A stretch of 64,000 bases of DNA from Thermoleophilaceae bacterium (lineage in GTDB: Bacteria; Actinomycetota; Thermoleophilia; Solirubrobacterales; Thermoleophilaceae), in contig DASTKX010000032.1 in assembly GCA_035715585.1 (NCBI GenBank), positions 2,192-66,191 on the forward strand, written 5' to 3'. A program made the position numbers and the translations under genes. Within the stretch, counting starts at the first letter, position 1; each line of letters opens with the position of its first letter. The notes below the pieces were generated by a model. The model saw nothing but the letters and a program-made list of their open reading frames with translations, was not told the DNA's origin and searched no databases. Shown here in pieces: positions 37,728 through 46,709 of the stretch.

Positions 37728-38246
37728 TTGGCCGTAAAAGTCAGGCTGACCCGCGTCGGCTCCAAGAAGAACCCGATCTGGCGAGTAGTCGTCGCCGACG
37801 GCCGCTCGCCGCGTGACGGCCGCTCGATCGAGACGATCGGGCACTACAACCCGCAGACGCAGCCGTCGCGGATCGAGATCGATCGTGAGCGTCTCCAGCA
37901 CTGGCTCGACCGCGGCGCTCAGCCGAGCAACACGGTCAAGAAGCTGATCCGCGCCGAGAACACCGGCTACGAGATGCCGGCCTCTGCGGCGCCCACGCCG
38001 GTCGCGACGCCGCCCAAGCCGAAGGCCGAGCCGGCCGCCGAGGCCGCCCCGGCGGAGGCTGCCGAGGCGCCTGCGCCAGACGCCGAGGCGCCCGCCGACG
38101 CCGAGGCTGCCGCCGAGGAGGTCGCCGCCGAGCAGGATGCTTCCGAGCAGCCGGCACCCGAGCCCGCGGCGGATGCCGAGGCCGACGCCGATGCGGCGGC
38201 CGAGGCCGCAGCGCCCGCCGAGGGCGACTCGAGCGACGACTCCTAG
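37728..38246 (+). CDS. rpsP: 30S ribosomal protein S16 with Ala/Glu/Pro-rich C-terminal extension
   Basis: TTG start. [32 protein letters not shown]. The tail from about residue 85 is low-complexity and acidic. Confidence 0.9.
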   Translation: MAVKVRLTRVGSKKNPIWRVVVADGRSPRDGRSIETIGHYNPQTQPSRIEIDRERLQHWLDRGAQPSNTVKKLIRAENTGYEMPASAAPTPVATPPKPKAEPAAEAAPAEAAEAPAPDAEAPADAEAAAEEVAAEQDASEQPAPEPAADAEADADAAAEAAAPAEGDSSDDS

Positions 38247-38254
38247 CCGTTCGC

Positions 38255-38494
38255 GTGGAGGAGCTGCTCGCCTACCTGGCTCGCGCTCTCGTCGACGACC
38301 CCGACTCGGTGTCCGTCGACTCGTTCGAAGAGGAGGACGGCACGATCGTCCTCGAGCTGCACGCCCCGCCCGACGAGGCCGGTCGGCTGATCGGCCGCCG
38401 CGGGCGAACGATCTCAGCGCTGCGCACCGTCCTCAAGGCCAGCGCCACGCGGCGCGAGAAGCGCGTGCTGATCGACGTCGTCGACGCCGCCTGA
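38255..38494 (+). CDS. KH domain-containing RNA-binding protein (UPF0109/YlqC-like)
   Basis: 79 aa with a GRLIGRRGRTISALR GXXG loop. Conserved slot between rpsP and rimM. Confidence 0.85.
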   Translation: MEELLAYLARALVDDPDSVSVDSFEEEDGTIVLELHAPPDEAGRLIGRRGRTISALRTVLKASATRREKRVLIDVVDAA

Positions 38495-38499
38495 TCCCT

Positions 38500-38973
38500 G
38501 TGACGGCCAATACGCGCCTGGTGACGGCCGGAGTCGTCGGCCGGACGCACAGCCTCGACGGCAGCTTCTACGTCGATCGCCCGGACCACTTGTTCGAGCT
38601 TGGGACGGTCGTCTTGGTAGACGGCCACGAGCGAGCCGTCGATCGCCGCGCCGGCACCGACGACAAGCCGCTCGTGCGACTCGTCGGCATCGGCAGCCGC
38701 GAGGCGGCGAGGGCGCTGCGCGGCACGCTGCTGCTCGTCGAGGCGTCGCTCGGCGAGGGGGAGTGGCTCGCCGAGGACCTCGTCGGCTGTCGCGTCGAAG
38801 GGCTCGGCGCCGTCGTCCGGGTGATCGACGCGCCGTCCTGCGACCTGCTCGAGCTGGAGGGCGGCGAGCTGGTGCCGCTGATCTCCGACGCCGTCCACAG
38901 CGTCGACCTCGACGCGCGGACGATCGAGATCGATCGCCGCTTCCTCCGCCTCGACGGCGAGCAGGCGCAGTGA
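38500..38973 (+). CDS. rimM: Ribosome maturation factor RimM
   Basis: In-frame GTG at 38500 inside ORF 38137..38973. LVTAGVVGRTHSLDGSFYV; PRC-barrel C-terminus. Sits between the KH gene and trmD. Confidence 0.85.
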   Translation: MTANTRLVTAGVVGRTHSLDGSFYVDRPDHLFELGTVVLVDGHERAVDRRAGTDDKPLVRLVGIGSREAARALRGTLLLVEASLGEGEWLAEDLVGCRVEGLGAVVRVIDAPSCDLLELEGGELVPLISDAVHSVDLDARTIEIDRRFLRLDGEQAQ

Positions 38974-39641
38974 ACATCGACGTCTTCACGCTCTTCCCGT
39001 CCTGGTTCGACTGGTTCCTCGAGCAGCGCCACGTGCGCAACGCGCTCGATCTCGGCCACCGTCTCGAGACCGTCGACCTGCGCGCCACGACGCCGCTGAA
39101 CGCCGGGCAGGTCGACGACACCCCCTACGGCGGTGGCGCCGGGATGGTGATCCGCGTCGACGTCGTCGAGGCGGCGCTGGCGGCCCGCTGGGACTCCGAT
39201 CCGGTCGATGGCCGCGGCGGCCGCCGCGTGATCGCGCTCGCGGCGGGCGGCCGCCAGCTCGACGAGCAGCTCGTCAACGAGCTCGCCGCCGAAGAGGAGA
39301 TCGCGCTGCTCTGCGGTCGCTACGAGGGCTTCGACGAGCGCGTCAACGAGCACCTGGCGACCGACGTCGTGTCGATCGGCCCCTACGTGCTCGCCGGCGG
39401 CGAGCTGGCGGCGATGGTCGTCTGCGACACGATCCTGCGCAAGCTGCCCGGCGCGCTTGGCCACGCCGACAGCGCGCTCGAGGAGTCGTTCTCCGCGGCA
39501 CTTGGCGGCGCGCCGGAGTATCCGCACTACACGCGGCCCGCCGAATGGCGCGGCCACGATGTCCCTGAGGTGCTGCGTTCGGGCGACCACGGGAAGGTCC
39601 GAGAGTGGCGCGCAGAGCAGAGCCGGCTACGCCTCCGCTAG
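38970..39641 (+). CDS. trmD: tRNA (guanine37-N1)-methyltransferase
   Basis: GTG at 38970 overlaps the rimM stop. [23 protein letters not shown] and [11 protein letters not shown] motifs. Confidence 0.95.
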   Translation: MNIDVFTLFPSWFDWFLEQRHVRNALDLGHRLETVDLRATTPLNAGQVDDTPYGGGAGMVIRVDVVEAALAARWDSDPVDGRGGRRVIALAAGGRQLDEQLVNELAAEEEIALLCGRYEGFDERVNEHLATDVVSIGPYVLAGGELAAMVVCDTILRKLPGALGHADSALEESFSAALGGAPEYPHYTRPAEWRGHDVPEVLRSGDHGKVREWRAEQSRLRLR

Positions 39642-39690
39642 GATTCGCCGTCGCGCGAAGCACCCCGTGGTGCTCGCGCCTTTTCATGCC

Positions 39691-40320
39691 ATGAGCGGAG
39701 TCATCGAAACCATCGAGCGAGCGCAGCTGCGGCGCGTCCCCAAGTTCCAGGCGGGCGACCGTCTGCGCGTCCACTTCCAGGTCGTCGAGGGCGCCCGCAA
39801 GCGCACCCAGGTCTTCGAGGGCGTCGTCATCAAGCGCCAGGGCAGCGGCGCACGCGAGACGTTCACCGTGCGCAAGCAGTCGTTCGGCGTCGGCGTGGAG
39901 CGGACGTTCCCGGTCCACTCGCCGAAGATCGAGCAGATCGAGGTCGCCGGTCGCGGCGACGTCCGGCGCGCCAAGCTCTACTACCTGCGCGACCGCATCG
40001 GCCGCAGCGCCCGCGTCCGCGAGCGCCGTTTCGGCCGCGACGACGACGAGCTCGAGGGCGTCATGCCGCCGCCCGAGACCGACGCCGTCGTCGACGCGCC
40101 GGAGCCCGATGCTCCGGAGGCCGCCGAGGAGCAGGCGCCGGAGGCTGAGGCCAGTGCCAAGCCCGAGGCCACAGAGGCTGAGCCGACCGAGGCCGAGGCC
40201 CCGGAGGCAGAGGCTGAGGAGCCGGCCGCAGAGGGCGAGCCGGAGCCCGCCGCTGACGCCGAGGCCGACGAGAAGGCCGCCGGCGACGACGCCGAGTCCG
40301 GCGCCAAGTCGGACTCCTGA
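39691..40320 (+). CDS. rplS: 50S ribosomal protein L19 with acidic C-terminal extension of about 90 aa
   Basis: ATG at 39691 inside ORF 39457..40320. [36 protein letters not shown]. The tail is rich in Ala/Glu/Pro. Confidence 0.9.
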   Translation: MSGVIETIERAQLRRVPKFQAGDRLRVHFQVVEGARKRTQVFEGVVIKRQGSGARETFTVRKQSFGVGVERTFPVHSPKIEQIEVAGRGDVRRAKLYYLRDRIGRSARVRERRFGRDDDELEGVMPPPETDAVVDAPEPDAPEAAEEQAPEAEASAKPEATEAEPTEAEAPEAEAEEPAAEGEPEPAADAEADEKAAGDDAESGAKSDS

Positions 40321-40342
40321 CGGACGACGGGCCTGAGGGTTA

Positions 40343-40951
40343 GTGGCTCGGGACGGAAAGCAGAGCGCCGGCGGCTCGCTGATCGAGCTGGTCGTGATCG
40401 TCGCCGTCGCGCTCGGCGTCGCGCTCGGAATCCAGGCCTTTCTCGTCAAGCCGTTCCGCATCCCGAGCGAGTCGATGGTGCCGACGCTCGAGATCGGCCA
40501 GCGCGTGCTCGTCAACCGCGTCGGCGAGCACTTCGGCGATCCCGAGCGCGGCGACGTGATGGTCTTCAAGCCGCCGAAGGGCGCCGACGACAACATGTGC
40601 GGCGTTAGCCACCCGGCCGAGCAGCCGTGCCCGCGCTCGACCCCCGGCAAGTCCGACACCAACTTCATCAAGCGCGTCGTCGGCCTGCCCGGCGAGCGGC
40701 TGTCGATCAAGCGCGGCCGCGTATACATCGACGGCAAGCTCCAGCAGGAGCCGTTCATCGAGCCCGACGCGCAGTGCGCGCTCTGCAACATGCCCGACGA
40801 GATCGTGATCCCCGCGGGCCAGTACTACATGATGGGCGACAACCGCGGCGCGAGCGCGGACAGCCGTGAGTGGGGCCCGGTGCCGAAGGACAACATGATC
40901 GGCAACGCCTTCGCGACGTACTGGCCCCCAAGTAAGTGGGGCGGCCTCTAG
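40343..40951 (+). CDS. lepB: Signal peptidase I
   Basis: Catalytic Ser context IPSESMVPTL; GDNRGASADSREWGPVP box E. Confidence 0.9.
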   Translation: MARDGKQSAGGSLIELVVIVAVALGVALGIQAFLVKPFRIPSESMVPTLEIGQRVLVNRVGEHFGDPERGDVMVFKPPKGADDNMCGVSHPAEQPCPRSTPGKSDTNFIKRVVGLPGERLSIKRGRVYIDGKLQQEPFIEPDAQCALCNMPDEIVIPAGQYYMMGDNRGASADSREWGPVPKDNMIGNAFATYWPPSKWGGL

Positions 40952-41029
40952 CGGGCTGCCGAGCGGCGCCTGGCGGCATCGTCAGAGCCCTCGCGTGCGG
41001 AGCACGCCACGGACTCAGCCGGTGCCCCC

Positions 41030-41785
41030 ATGCTTGCTCGTCGTACCGCTAGGGCGTCGGTGGCAGGACGTAAGATCGCCGGCGTGGGCGATGTGAGCAC
41101 AGCGCAGCCGCAGAGCAAGGCGGCGCGACGGCGGAGGAGGAAGGCGGCGCACAGCGGGCGCCGGCTGTTCGCGTTCGACCAGGAGCTGGGCTCGCGGTTC
41201 GTGGCAGGGGCGGACGAGGCCGGGCGCGGATGTCTGGCTGGTCCGCTGGTCGCGGCGGCTGTGCTGTTCGACTTGGAACGTCTGACGCTCGCGGATCGTC
41301 GGGCGTTGACGAAGCTCAACGACTCCAAGCAGCACAGCGAGAAGACGCGTGAGGAGCTGTATCCGCGCGTGATGCGCGCCTGCGTGCGGACGGCGGTCGT
41401 CTCACGCTCGGTGCGGGCGATCGACTCGCGTGGGCTGCACGTCAGCAACCTCGACGCGCTGCGGGCGGCCTTGCGGCGGGTCGCGGTCCCAGGGACGATC
41501 TGCCTCGTCGACGGCTTCCGCGTGCCGCCGTTCGAGCACGAGCAGCAGGCCGTCGTCGACGGCGACGCGCGCAGCGCGGCGATCGCCGCAGCATCGGTGC
41601 TGGCCAAGGTCACCCGCGATCGCTACATGCGCCGCGCCGCCGAGCGCCACCCCGAGTGGGACTTCGCCGCCCACGTCGGCTACTCGACGCCCGACCACCG
41701 TGCCGCGATCGCCGCCCACGGCGTCTCGCCGCTGCACCGCATGTCGTTCAACTCAACCGCGTACCAGCAGCTGACCCTGGGTTAG
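41030..41785 (+). CDS. rnhB: Ribonuclease HII (start uncertain)
   Basis: GADEAGRGCLAGPLVAAAV catalytic DE motif; DSKQHS; SAAIAAASVLAKV. Confidence 0.85.
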   Translation: MLARRTARASVAGRKIAGVGDVSTAQPQSKAARRRRRKAAHSGRRLFAFDQELGSRFVAGADEAGRGCLAGPLVAAAVLFDLERLTLADRRALTKLNDSKQHSEKTREELYPRVMRACVRTAVVSRSVRAIDSRGLHVSNLDALRAALRRVAVPGTICLVDGFRVPPFEHEQQAVVDGDARSAAIAAASVLAKVTRDRYMRRAAERHPEWDFAAHVGYSTPDHRAAIAAHGVSPLHRMSFNSTAYQQLTLG

Positions 41786-42171
41786 AAGGCGTCCTCGACG
41801 TGATCGAGGGACAACAGGCGCCCTTGGCGGTCGACGACGATGCCGATCGCGTCGAAGCGGATCCAGTCCGGGGAGGGGGATGGCTTGGAACGGGTGCGTA
41901 GCCACTCGGCGGCGAGCCGTCGGATGCGCCGGCGCTTGACCGGGCCGATCGCGTCGAGCGGTCCGGCGGGACCGGCGGAACCGCCGGCGATCCGCGTCTT
42001 GACCTCGCAGAAGACGAGGCAGCGTCCGTCACGCGCGACGACGTCGAGCTCGCCGGTCCGGCCGCAACGGCCGTTGCGCTCGATCAGCGTGTAGCCGGCC
42101 CGCTCGAGATGGGCGCAGGCGAGGTCCTCGCCGTGGGCGCCGAGACGGATGCGGGTGTTGCCGGCGGTCAT
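41782..42171 (-). CDS. yraN: YraN family (UPF0102) endonuclease-like protein
   Basis: ORF 41782..42171. GEDLACAHLERAGYTLIERN...GELDVVARDGRCLVFCEVKTR...RFDAIGIV. Confidence 0.85.
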   Translation of the reverse strand: MTAGNTRIRLGAHGEDLACAHLERAGYTLIERNGRCGRTGELDVVARDGRCLVFCEVKTRIAGGSAGPAGPLDAIGPVKRRRIRRLAAEWLRTRSKPSPSPDWIRFDAIGIVVDRQGRLLSLDHVEDAF

Positions 42172-42179
42172 CGCCGAGA

Positions 42180-42301
42180 CGCTAGGTGGGGCTCCGCAAC
42201 GGCCGGGGCCAGTTCCGTGACAGCTGTGCGACGGCTTGGCTGATGGCTGTGACTCAGCTGTGGCTGGACTGCTGTCACCGGGACCAAAGCTCCACCTAGC
42301 G
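42180..42301. promoter_or_regulatory. Nested inverted repeats spanning the whole yraN/comM divergent spacer
   Basis: Outer arms cgctaggtggggct (42180..42193) / agctccacctagcg (42288..42301) match 13 of 14. Inner arms cgtgacagc (42216..42224) / gctgtcacc (42271..42279) match 8 of 9. The right outer arm ends on the comM GTG. Confidence 0.45.
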
Positions 42302-43833
42302 TGCTGTCCGTGCTTGCCAGCGTTCCCACATTCGCCCTCGAGGGGGTCGATGCCCGCGAGGTGACCGTCGAGGTCGATGCCCGCCGCGGGTTGCCGGCGT
42401 TCACCGTCGTCGGGCTGCCGGACACAGCCGTCCGCGAGGCGCGCGAACGCGTCCGCTCGGCGTTGCTGAACAGCGCACTCGAGTTCCCGCTCCAGCGTTT
42501 GACCGTCAATCTCGCGCCGGCCTGGGTGCGCAAGGCTGGCGCGAGCTTCGACCTGGCGATCGCCGTCGGCGTGCTCGCCGCCAGCGGGCAGATCCCGGTC
42601 GAGGCGCTCGACGGGATCGCCGTGTCGGGCGAGCTGTCGCTCGGTGGCGCCCTGCGTCCGGTTCGCGGCGCTCTGCCGATCGCCCTCGGCTGCCGCGCGG
42701 CCGGCCTGCGCCGGCTAGTTGTGTCGCCGGAGATCGGTCCAGAGGCGGCCCTGGTCGACGAGGTCGAGGTATGCCCGGCGCCCAATCTCGGGCGCCTTGT
42801 CGACCTGTTCCATGGCCGCTGGGCGCCTGACCCGCCGGCGCGTCAGCCGGCTAGCAAGGTGGCTCGACCGGTCGAGCTGCCCGATCTCGCCGACGTGCGC
42901 GGGCAGGCCGACGCCCGCCGTGCGCTGGAGATCGCGGCGGCCGGCGGCCACAGCCTGCTGATGGTCGGGCCGCCTGGGGCGGGCAAGACGATGCTCGCGA
43001 GGCGCCTGCCGGGCATCCTGCCGTCGCCGTCGCTCGAGGAGGCGCTCGACATCACGCGTGTCCAGAGCGTCACCGGCAGCTGCGGCGACGGTCTGGCGCG
43101 CGAGCGCCCGTTCCGCGCCCCGCACCACACGATCTCGGCGCAGGGACTGGTCGGCGGCGGCGCCCGACCGCGGCCCGGCGAAGTGACGCTCGCCCACCGC
43201 GGCGTGCTGTTCCTCGACGAGCTGGCGGAGTTCGCGCGGCCGGCGCTCGAGGCGCTGCGCCAGCCGCTGGAGCATGGAAGCGTCGACATCGTCCGCGGCC
43301 AGGTCGCGCTGAGCTTCCCGGCACGGGTGCTGCTCGTGGCCGCCGCCAACCCCTGTCCGTGCGGTATCGGCGGTGAGCGCTGCGAGTGCGGGGTCCTAAC
43401 GCGAGAGCGCTACCGAGCGCGGCTCAGCGGACCGCTGATCGACCGGATCGACCTCGTCTGCCAGCTTGCTCCGCTGCCGGCGCTGGCGCTCGCGGCGGAC
43501 GGTGTGGCCGGCGAGGGATCCGCGGCGGTGCGGACACGGGTCGCGGATGCCCGCGAGCGGCAGGCTGCGCGGCTGGGGGCTTCGTCGGCGAGCTGCAACG
43601 CCGAGCTGACCGCTGGCGCTACCCGGGCGCTGATGCCACTCGGGGAGCGGGCCGCTCGGCCGCTCGCCGCGGCGGTCGACGCCGGCGTGCTGACCGGGCG
43701 CGGTCATGACCGTGTGCTGCGCGTCGCGCGTACGATCGCCGATCTGGCTGGCCGGCAGCGTGTCGGCCGCGACGACGTCGCGGAAGCGCTCGGCTACCGC
43801 GCCGTGGCGCCGGGAAGGACCGCGGCGGCGTGA
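42301..43833 (+). CDS. comM: YifB/ComM family Mg-chelatase-like AAA+ ATPase
   Basis: Lon-protease-like N domain; Walker A GPPGAGKTM; GVLFLDELAEF; C-terminal Mg-chelatase subunit ChlI-like domain. Confidence 0.9.
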   Translation: MLSVLASVPTFALEGVDAREVTVEVDARRGLPAFTVVGLPDTAVREARERVRSALLNSALEFPLQRLTVNLAPAWVRKAGASFDLAIAVGVLAASGQIPVEALDGIAVSGELSLGGALRPVRGALPIALGCRAAGLRRLVVSPEIGPEAALVDEVEVCPAPNLGRLVDLFHGRWAPDPPARQPASKVARPVELPDLADVRGQADARRALEIAAAGGHSLLMVGPPGAGKTMLARRLPGILPSPSLEEALDITRVQSVTGSCGDGLARERPFRAPHHTISAQGLVGGGARPRPGEVTLAHRGVLFLDELAEFARPALEALRQPLEHGSVDIVRGQVALSFPARVLLVAAANPCPCGIGGERCECGVLTRERYRARLSGPLIDRIDLVCQLAPLPALALAADGVAGEGSAAVRTRVADARERQAARLGASSASCNAELTAGATRALMPLGERAARPLAAAVDAGVLTGRGHDRVLRVARTIADLAGRQRVGRDDVAEALGYRAVAPGRTAAA

Positions 43834-44975
43834 ACGGAACCTGCGACAGCTGCCTGCGGCGCGGCTACCTGATCGGGCTGCTGTCGGCGCGGATCGCCGG
43901 ACTCGTCGGGCGCCCCGGCGTGCCCTCCAAGCTGCTGGCGCTCGACGACGCGGCACTGGCGGAGGCCGTCGGAGGCGAGGGCCGGCAGGAGGCGCTCGCC
44001 TTCCTCGGCCGGTTCGAGCCGCGGCGGGCACGTGCCGATCTGCGTCACGCCGGCGTGACGGCGGTTTGTCGGCACCACGAGGGCTATCCGGTCGTGCTCG
44101 AGGATCTGGAGGACCAGCCGGCCGTCCTCTTCTGTCGCGGCCGTGTCGAGCTGCTGTCGGCCGTCGAAGCGGAGCCGGCGGTGACGGTGGTCGGGACGCG
44201 AGATGCTTCGCCGTACGCGATCGACGTCGCGCACGATGTCGGCCGCGGGCTCGGCGTGGCCGGGATCACGACGATCAGCGGGATGGCGCTCGGCGTCGAC
44301 GGCTCTGCCCATCGCGGCGCGCTCGGCGCGTGCGGGGCGACGATCGCCGTGCTGGCCGGCGGGCCGGACGTGGCATACCCGCGCCGTCACCGCGACCTCC
44401 ACCGCCAGATCGTCGAGAGCGGGCTGGTGGTCGCGGAGCTGCCGCCCGGTCAACGGCCGTATCGATGGAGCTTTCCGGCGCGCAACCGCGTGATGGCCGC
44501 GCTGGCGCGGATGACCGTCGTCGTCGAGGCGGGCGAGGCGTCCGGCACGCTGATCACCGCCGACTTCGCCCAAGACCTCGGTCGTACGCTCGGCGCCGTT
44601 CCGGGGCTGGTAACCACCCGCGCGGCTGCCGGCAGCAACCGGCTGCTGCGCGAGGGCGCCGCCGTCGTCCGTGACGCCTCCGACGTGCTCGACGAGCTGT
44701 TCGGCATCGGCGCCAATGGCTCCGGGCCCATCGTGGCGGCAGATACCGCGTTGGACAGCGGTACGCCGCCGACGATCCCGGTCGAGCCCGAGGTCGATCC
44801 CGTCAAGCGGCGGCTGCTCGACGCGGTTGAATCGCGCTTGGACATCGATGGGATCTCGACGTTCGCCGGCCTGCCGGTCAACGAGACACGCGCGGCGCTC
44901 GCGCGGCTCGAGACGCGCGGGCTGATTCGCCGCGACGGGCTGTTCGGCTGGGAGCGCGCGCGGGCGACGCGCTGA
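43830..44975 (+). CDS. dprA: DNA-processing protein DprA
   Basis: GTG overlaps the comM stop. VVGTRDASPYA...ISGMALGVDGSAHRGAL Rossmann-like core. Confidence 0.85.
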   Translation: MNGTCDSCLRRGYLIGLLSARIAGLVGRPGVPSKLLALDDAALAEAVGGEGRQEALAFLGRFEPRRARADLRHAGVTAVCRHHEGYPVVLEDLEDQPAVLFCRGRVELLSAVEAEPAVTVVGTRDASPYAIDVAHDVGRGLGVAGITTISGMALGVDGSAHRGALGACGATIAVLAGGPDVAYPRRHRDLHRQIVESGLVVAELPPGQRPYRWSFPARNRVMAALARMTVVVEAGEASGTLITADFAQDLGRTLGAVPGLVTTRAAAGSNRLLREGAAVVRDASDVLDELFGIGANGSGPIVAADTALDSGTPPTIPVEPEVDPVKRRLLDAVESRLDIDGISTFAGLPVNETRAALARLETRGLIRRDGLFGWERARATR

Positions 44976-45048
44976 GCTTCGAGTGCGCTCGGCGGCTTTC
45001 AACGGGGCGCGGGACGGCCTGGAGACTCCGCGCCTATGCTGGCCCGCG

Positions 45049-45852
45049 ATGGCCGCCCCAACGCCGCCCCGCCTGCTGTCGATCGCCGGCTCGGACTCCG
45101 GTGGCGGCGCCGGCATCCAGGCGGACCTCAAGGCGTTCGCGCGCTGCGGCGCCCACGGCATGACGGCGATCACGGCGATCACGGCGCAGAACACGGTCGC
45201 GGTCGAGGCCGTCTACCCGGTCGCGCCGGAGGCGATCGTCGCGCAGGTGCGCGCCGTCGCCGAGGACATCGGCGTCGACGCGGTCAAGGTCGGCATGCTC
45301 GGCTCGGCCGAGACGATCGCGGCCGTCGTCGCGGCGCTCGACCTGATCGGCGACGCGCCGATCGTCGTCGATCCGGTGATGGTCGCGGAGAGCGGCGCGA
45401 CGCTGCTCGACCCCGACGCGGTCGACGCGCTGCAGCGGTCGATCCTGCCGCGCGCCGCCGTCGTCACGCCCAACCTGCCCGAGGCGCGCGTCCTGCCTGG
45501 CCTCGGGGAGGAGGCGTCCGCGCCGGAGCTCGCCCGCGCCGTCCACGCGCTCGGCCCGCGCGCGGTCGTCGTCACCGGCGGCCACGCCGACGAGATCGCC
45601 GACGTCTTCTTCGACGGCGACGAGCCGGTCGCGATCCCCGGCGAGCGCCACCCCGACGGCGCCGCCCACGGCTCCGGGTGCACCCATTCGTCGGCGCTCG
45701 CCGCGCGGCTCGCCTTCGGCGACGCGCCGCTCGAGGCCGCCCGTGCCGCGCGCGCCGTCGCCGCGGCCGCGGTCCGCGACGGTTTGCGCGGCATCGGCCG
45801 CGGCGCCGGTCCCGTCGACGTCTTCGGCCTCGCCAAGACGCCGGCCCATTAG
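45049..45852 (+). CDS. thiD: Hydroxymethylpyrimidine / phosphomethylpyrimidine kinase
   Basis: ATG at 45049 inside ORF 44983..45852. LSIAGSDSGGGAGIQADLKAF; GSGCTHSSALAA. Confidence 0.9.
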   Translation: MAAPTPPRLLSIAGSDSGGGAGIQADLKAFARCGAHGMTAITAITAQNTVAVEAVYPVAPEAIVAQVRAVAEDIGVDAVKVGMLGSAETIAAVVAALDLIGDAPIVVDPVMVAESGATLLDPDAVDALQRSILPRAAVVTPNLPEARVLPGLGEEASAPELARAVHALGPRAVVVTGGHADEIADVFFDGDEPVAIPGERHPDGAAHGSGCTHSSALAARLAFGDAPLEAARAARAVAAAAVRDGLRGIGRGAGPVDVFGLAKTPAH

Positions 45853-45876
45853 GATTGACCCATCAAGTTCCTGCGC

Positions 45877-46110
45877 ATGAAGCCCGGTCACGGTGAGGTC
45901 CTCTTGGCCGAGGGCGACCTCGACGTGCGCGAGGACGAGCAGCTGCTGATCGAGGAGTTCCGCCGCCAGCTCGACGAGGGCATGTGGGCCGCGGCGCCGA
46001 CCGAGCGCCCCGGAAGCGGCCGGCGCGAGGCCCAGATGGTGCGCGACTTCGCCGACATCCCGGCCGACGCGCAGCGGGTCATCTTCTTCCCGCGGGCGTC
46101 CGGAGGCTGA
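45877..46110 (+). CDS. Hypothetical acidic protein (77 aa)
   Basis: ORF 45877..46110 with an ATG start and coding-like GC3. I recognise no motif. Confidence 0.5.
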   Translation: MKPGHGEVLLAEGDLDVREDEQLLIEEFRRQLDEGMWAAAPTERPGSGRREAQMVRDFADIPADAQRVIFFPRASGG

Positions 46111-46118
46111 GCCGACCG

Positions 46119-46709
46119 ATGCTCCTACTGCTGACCACCAGCCTGATTGCGGCTGCGCTTGCGGCCTTCGTCCTCACGCCGCCCACGATCGCCCGCCTGC
46201 GCGCGCGCCGGCAGCGTCGTGTCGTGGCCGCCCCGCAGCCGTTCGACCCGGGCCGCGAGCGGCGCGCCGAGCAGCGCGCCCGCCAGCTGCTGCGCTCCTG
46301 CGTCAACGACGCCGAGTGGGCGATGTACCGCGACCTCGGCTTCATCCGCGTCGACGGCCGGCGACTGCCCGACTCGCCCGTGGACGAGGGCGCGCCCGCT
46401 CCGTACGCCTACCTGATCTACCCGCACAAGCCGATCGTCGCCTACGTCCCCGAGGACGGCCGGCTGCTGAGCGAGTACTGCGTCGAGTTTCCCGACCTCA
46501 CTGGCGGCGGGCGCACCCGCCTGCCGGCCTCCGACGACGTGCTCGCCAAGTGGATGGCGATCACCTCCGACGAGGCGCGCGTGATCGGCCGCGCCAACAT
46601 GCACCTCGTCGGCCGCCAGCACGACCCCGGCCACGTCCGGCGCGACATCTGGCGGCTGTCCGAGTGGGAGCGCCTCGGCGCCGGCGACGTCGGAGCGCGA
46701 GCCGCGTGA
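46119..46709 (+). CDS. Hypothetical membrane-anchored protein (196 aa)
   Basis: ATG at 46119 inside ORF 45984..46709. N-terminal TM helix MLLLLTTSLIAAALAAFVL followed by a basic stretch. The stop overlaps the ilvD GTG (GTGA). Confidence 0.55.
   Translation: MLLLLTTSLIAAALAAFVLTPPTIARLRARRQRRVVAAPQPFDPGRERRAEQRARQLLRSCVNDAEWAMYRDLGFIRVDGRRLPDSPVDEGAPAPYAYLIYPHKPIVAYVPEDGRLLSEYCVEFPDLTGGGRTRLPASDDVLAKWMAITSDEARVIGRANMHLVGRQHDPGHVRRDIWRLSEWERLGAGDVGARAA

Noticed and set aside
39343-40791. 482-aa minus-strand ORF across rplS and lepB
   Set aside because: Low-complexity Gly/Leu/Arg translation antisense to the L19 core, its acidic tail and signal peptidase I.
44976-45048. TPP riboswitch upstream of thiD
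   Set aside because: The spacer is only about 73 nt. It lacks the CUGAGA and ACCUGAUCUGGAUAAUGCCAGCG-like cores; only a weak ggggcgc...ctggagac resemblance is present.
46316-46705. Long N-terminal extensions offered by the ORF track (for example ilvD from 46316, GT-C from 7624, oxidoreductase from 10925, sulfatase from 6758, trmD from 38763, rplS from 39457)
   Set aside because: The extensions overlap the preceding well-supported genes in another frame and translate to Arg/Pro-rich low-complexity sequence. Internal ATG/GTG starts placed right after, or overlapping, the upstream stop give proteins with normal family N-termini.
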